DNA from: Dehalococcoidia bacterium
GTDB lineage: Bacteria; Chloroflexota; Dehalococcoidia; UBA2979
NCBI GenBank assembly: GCA_965219085.1
Contig: OZ244720.1
Coordinates: 2,528,001 to 2,592,000, forward strand
Direction of reading: 5' to 3'
DNA: 64,000 bases
In this document: piece by piece, positions 62,196-64,000 of the stretch
Position numbering within the stretch: the first letter of the stretch is position 1
Layout of the letters: each line of letters opens with the position of its first letter
Program-made: the position numbers and the translations under genes
The notes under the pieces: model-generated
What the model saw: the letters and a program-made list of their open reading frames with translations, nothing else
Told to the model about the DNA's origin: nothing
The model's database searches: none

Positions 62196-63768
62196 GTTTG
62201 GCAATCGACACGAACTCCTCGTCGGCCGGGATGGCGAGTGTGAGCGTGACGTTGTTCTCGCCGTCGATCGTCGCCTCCTCCAGCAGCAGGTCCAGCACCT
62301 CGCGGCGCTCCGCGTCGGGCAGGCCGTCGAGGCCGCCGCCGGCCCGGCGCGCCCACTCCACCACCTGCTCCACCGCGACGCGCCGGCCGGCCTGGGCCGA
62401 CGTCCTCGCCCGGTGCTCGTCGAGGCGCGCGCGCAGCCGCTCCAGCCGCTCGCCGATGAAGCGCCGCTGGTGGTCGAGCTGCTCCTCGCTGATCTTCCCG
62501 GACACGTAGAGCCGGATCGCACGGTCCTCCTCCGCCTGCACGCCCGCCAGCTCGCGCTCGGTGCGCGCGACCTCCTCGGCACCGGTGTCCTCGTCCGGGT
62601 CCAGCGCCGCCAGCCCGGCCGCGATCAGGTCCGGGTCCTGCAGGACGCGCCTGACCTCGCCCCAGACCAACTCCTCGAGCCGCTCGGCGCGGATGAACGG
62701 GTGCTCGCGGCAGCGCAGCCGGTAGGGCGCCCCCATCCCGTAGCAGCGGTAGTAGCGGCGAGGCGTCTTGAGCCTGTACGAGTAGGTCTTGCCGCGCCGC
62801 CGCGTGCTCTGGCTGCGGACCACCCGGGGACCCATCAGCATCCCGCACTCGCCGCAGTGCACGAGGTGTTGGAGCAGGTGGAAGGTCTTCGTGTTGCGCG
62901 GCGAGCGCGTCAGCCGCCGCTCGCGCAGCACGCGCGCCCGCTCCCACGTCTCCTCGTCCACGAGCGGCGGGAAGGGCACGCCGATCCAGGCGTCGCGGGG
63001 CTGCGCGTGCCTGAGCGTGCCTGAGTCGGTGGCGGTGTGGCGGGCCTTGCCGTACCACCAGGTGCCCCGGTAGGCCTCGTTGCGGAGGATGCGGTTGATC
63101 TGCGTCGCGTGCCAGCGCGCTCCCGGTATCGCCGTGGGAACGCCGTCGTCCGTGAGCGCCGCGGCGATGGCGGGCGCGCCCATGCCGTCTTCGACGTAGT
63201 GGCGGAAGATGCGCCGCACGACGGCGGCGCGCTCCTCGTCGACCTCGGGCGTGCGGCCCTCGCCGATGCGGTAGCCGTCGGGGACGTTGCTGACGGGGAT
63301 GCGGCCCTGCTTCGCGGTGCCGCGCTTGCCCATGGAGGCGCGCTCGCGGAAGTTGTCGAGCTCGATCTTGCCGATCGCGGCCATGAGCCCGAAGGTCTTC
63401 ATGTCGATCGCGTCCATGACCGCCTCGAGGCCGATGCCGTGCGCCTCGACGACCTCCATGAGGGCGGCGGCGGGGTACATGCCGCGGCTGAGGCGGTCGG
63501 ACTTCCAGCAGACGATCGTGTCGAAGCGGCCGGAGGCGGCGTCGGCGAGCATGCGCTGGAACTCGGGGCGGCTCTTGGACCAGCCGCGCCCGACCTCCTG
63601 GTAGCGGGCGGTAATGGTCAGGCCGCGCTCCGCGCAGTAGGCCTCCATGTCGCTGGTCTGCTCGCCGAGGGAGGTCTTGTCGTCCTCGGCCTGGCTCTTG
63701 TCGGAGACGCGCGCGTAGATGGCGGCGCGGCGGTTCCCGGGCTGGCGCTGTGGCTTCGTTCGTGGCAT
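61975..63768 (-). CDS. Large serine recombinase (integrase), apparently intact; C-terminus reads through the junction
   Basis: IYARVS, SDRLSR, DGY, CGECG..YYRC Zn ribbon, coiled coil; low-complexity tail after FVSIAKPEP. Confidence 0.93.
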   Translation of the reverse strand: MPRTKPQRQPGNRRAAIYARVSDKSQAEDDKTSLGEQTSDMEAYCAERGLTITARYQEVGRGWSKSRPEFQRMLADAASGRFDTIVCWKSDRLSRGMYPAAALMEVVEAHGIGLEAVMDAIDMKTFGLMAAIGKIELDNFRERASMGKRGTAKQGRIPVSNVPDGYRIGEGRTPEVDEERAAVVRRIFRHYVEDGMGAPAIAAALTDDGVPTAIPGARWHATQINRILRNEAYRGTWWYGKARHTATDSGTLRHAQPRDAWIGVPFPPLVDEETWERARVLRERRLTRSPRNTKTFHLLQHLVHCGECGMLMGPRVVRSQSTRRRGKTYSYRLKTPRRYYRCYGMGAPYRLRCREHPFIRAERLEELVWGEVRRVLQDPDLIAAGLAALDPDEDTGAEEVARTERELAGVQAEEDRAIRLYVSGKISEEQLDHQRRFIGERLERLRARLDEHRARTSAQAGRRVAVEQVVEWARRAGGGLDGLPDAERREVLDLLLEEATIDGENNVTLTLAIPADEEFVSIAKPEPTTPSTRCGRPPEGPGASARRSPCRSSSWPTGTPSRPTPSSSWRRSCKAPSPSRANSPRTASPPTGTRATT

Positions 63769-64000
63769 GGCTGGCTCCTCTCAGAAACAGAACGACCCGC
63801 CACCTGCCGGGGCGGGTCCGCGAGCGGTAGCATGCTGCTCGCGTCACCTGTACCAGCAGGCGGCGCCACGGCCCGGGGCGTTCTCAGCGCCGCCGGGCCA
63901 CCTTGTCCCCCTCAGCGTAGCCGGGGCACCGCGAGGCGGTCAAAGCGGCGTCGCCACGGCGGGCTCCCCGCGCTGCGCCTTCCCTATCGGACCTCCGGGC

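Noticed and set aside
61619-63847. 742-aa ORF as a real helicase fusion
   Set aside because: The first ~550 aa are an Arg/Pro-rich alternate frame of the recombinase; only the part after 62190 is helicase-derived.
1-64000. CRISPR array, tRNA, rRNA or integron cassettes
   Set aside because: No regularly spaced repeat-spacer units, cloverleaf/T-loop motifs, cas genes or tyrosine integrase seen by eye; a covariance-model scan was not possible.

Overview
High-GC (~70%) bacterial DNA; the gene content suggests Chloroflexota/Dehalococcoidia, possibly host-associated (inference). 1-~10,000 is core-like: a partial surface-type protein, NarL regulator, S1C/PDZ protease, Zn-ribbon protein, MFS transporter, vWA lipoprotein and an RCC1-repeat lipoprotein broken by IS256 and a frameshift. 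At ~10,017 a serine-recombinase half-site marks the start of a >54 kb mosaic of decayed integrative elements (two large serine recombinases, an intact-looking attP palindrome at 36,925-36,976, T4CP/VirB4-like and replication-relaxation remnants, IS3, IS5, segmental duplications) loaded with defence-type cargo. Recognisable cargo: a type III R-M locus with MntA/HepT and a UvrD helicase, a HigB/HigA-IrrE pair, VapBC, a sacsin-like/DUF3883 protein and a mod::res deletion fusion. The best candidates for uncharacterised systems are (1) an MBL-fold hydrolase plus stand-alone E2-like/SEC-C protein with no E1, JAB or CD-NTase nearby, (2) a sensor-fused diadenylate cyclase + UDG-fold protein + Nmad-like protein operon, (3) a DUF1156-type methylase + ParB-like + SNF2 + DUF3883 operon and (4) a duplicated UDG-fold + PD-(D/E)XK pair. 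I saw no CRISPR array, tRNA or rRNA. All domain calls come from motif recognition by eye, not from database searches.
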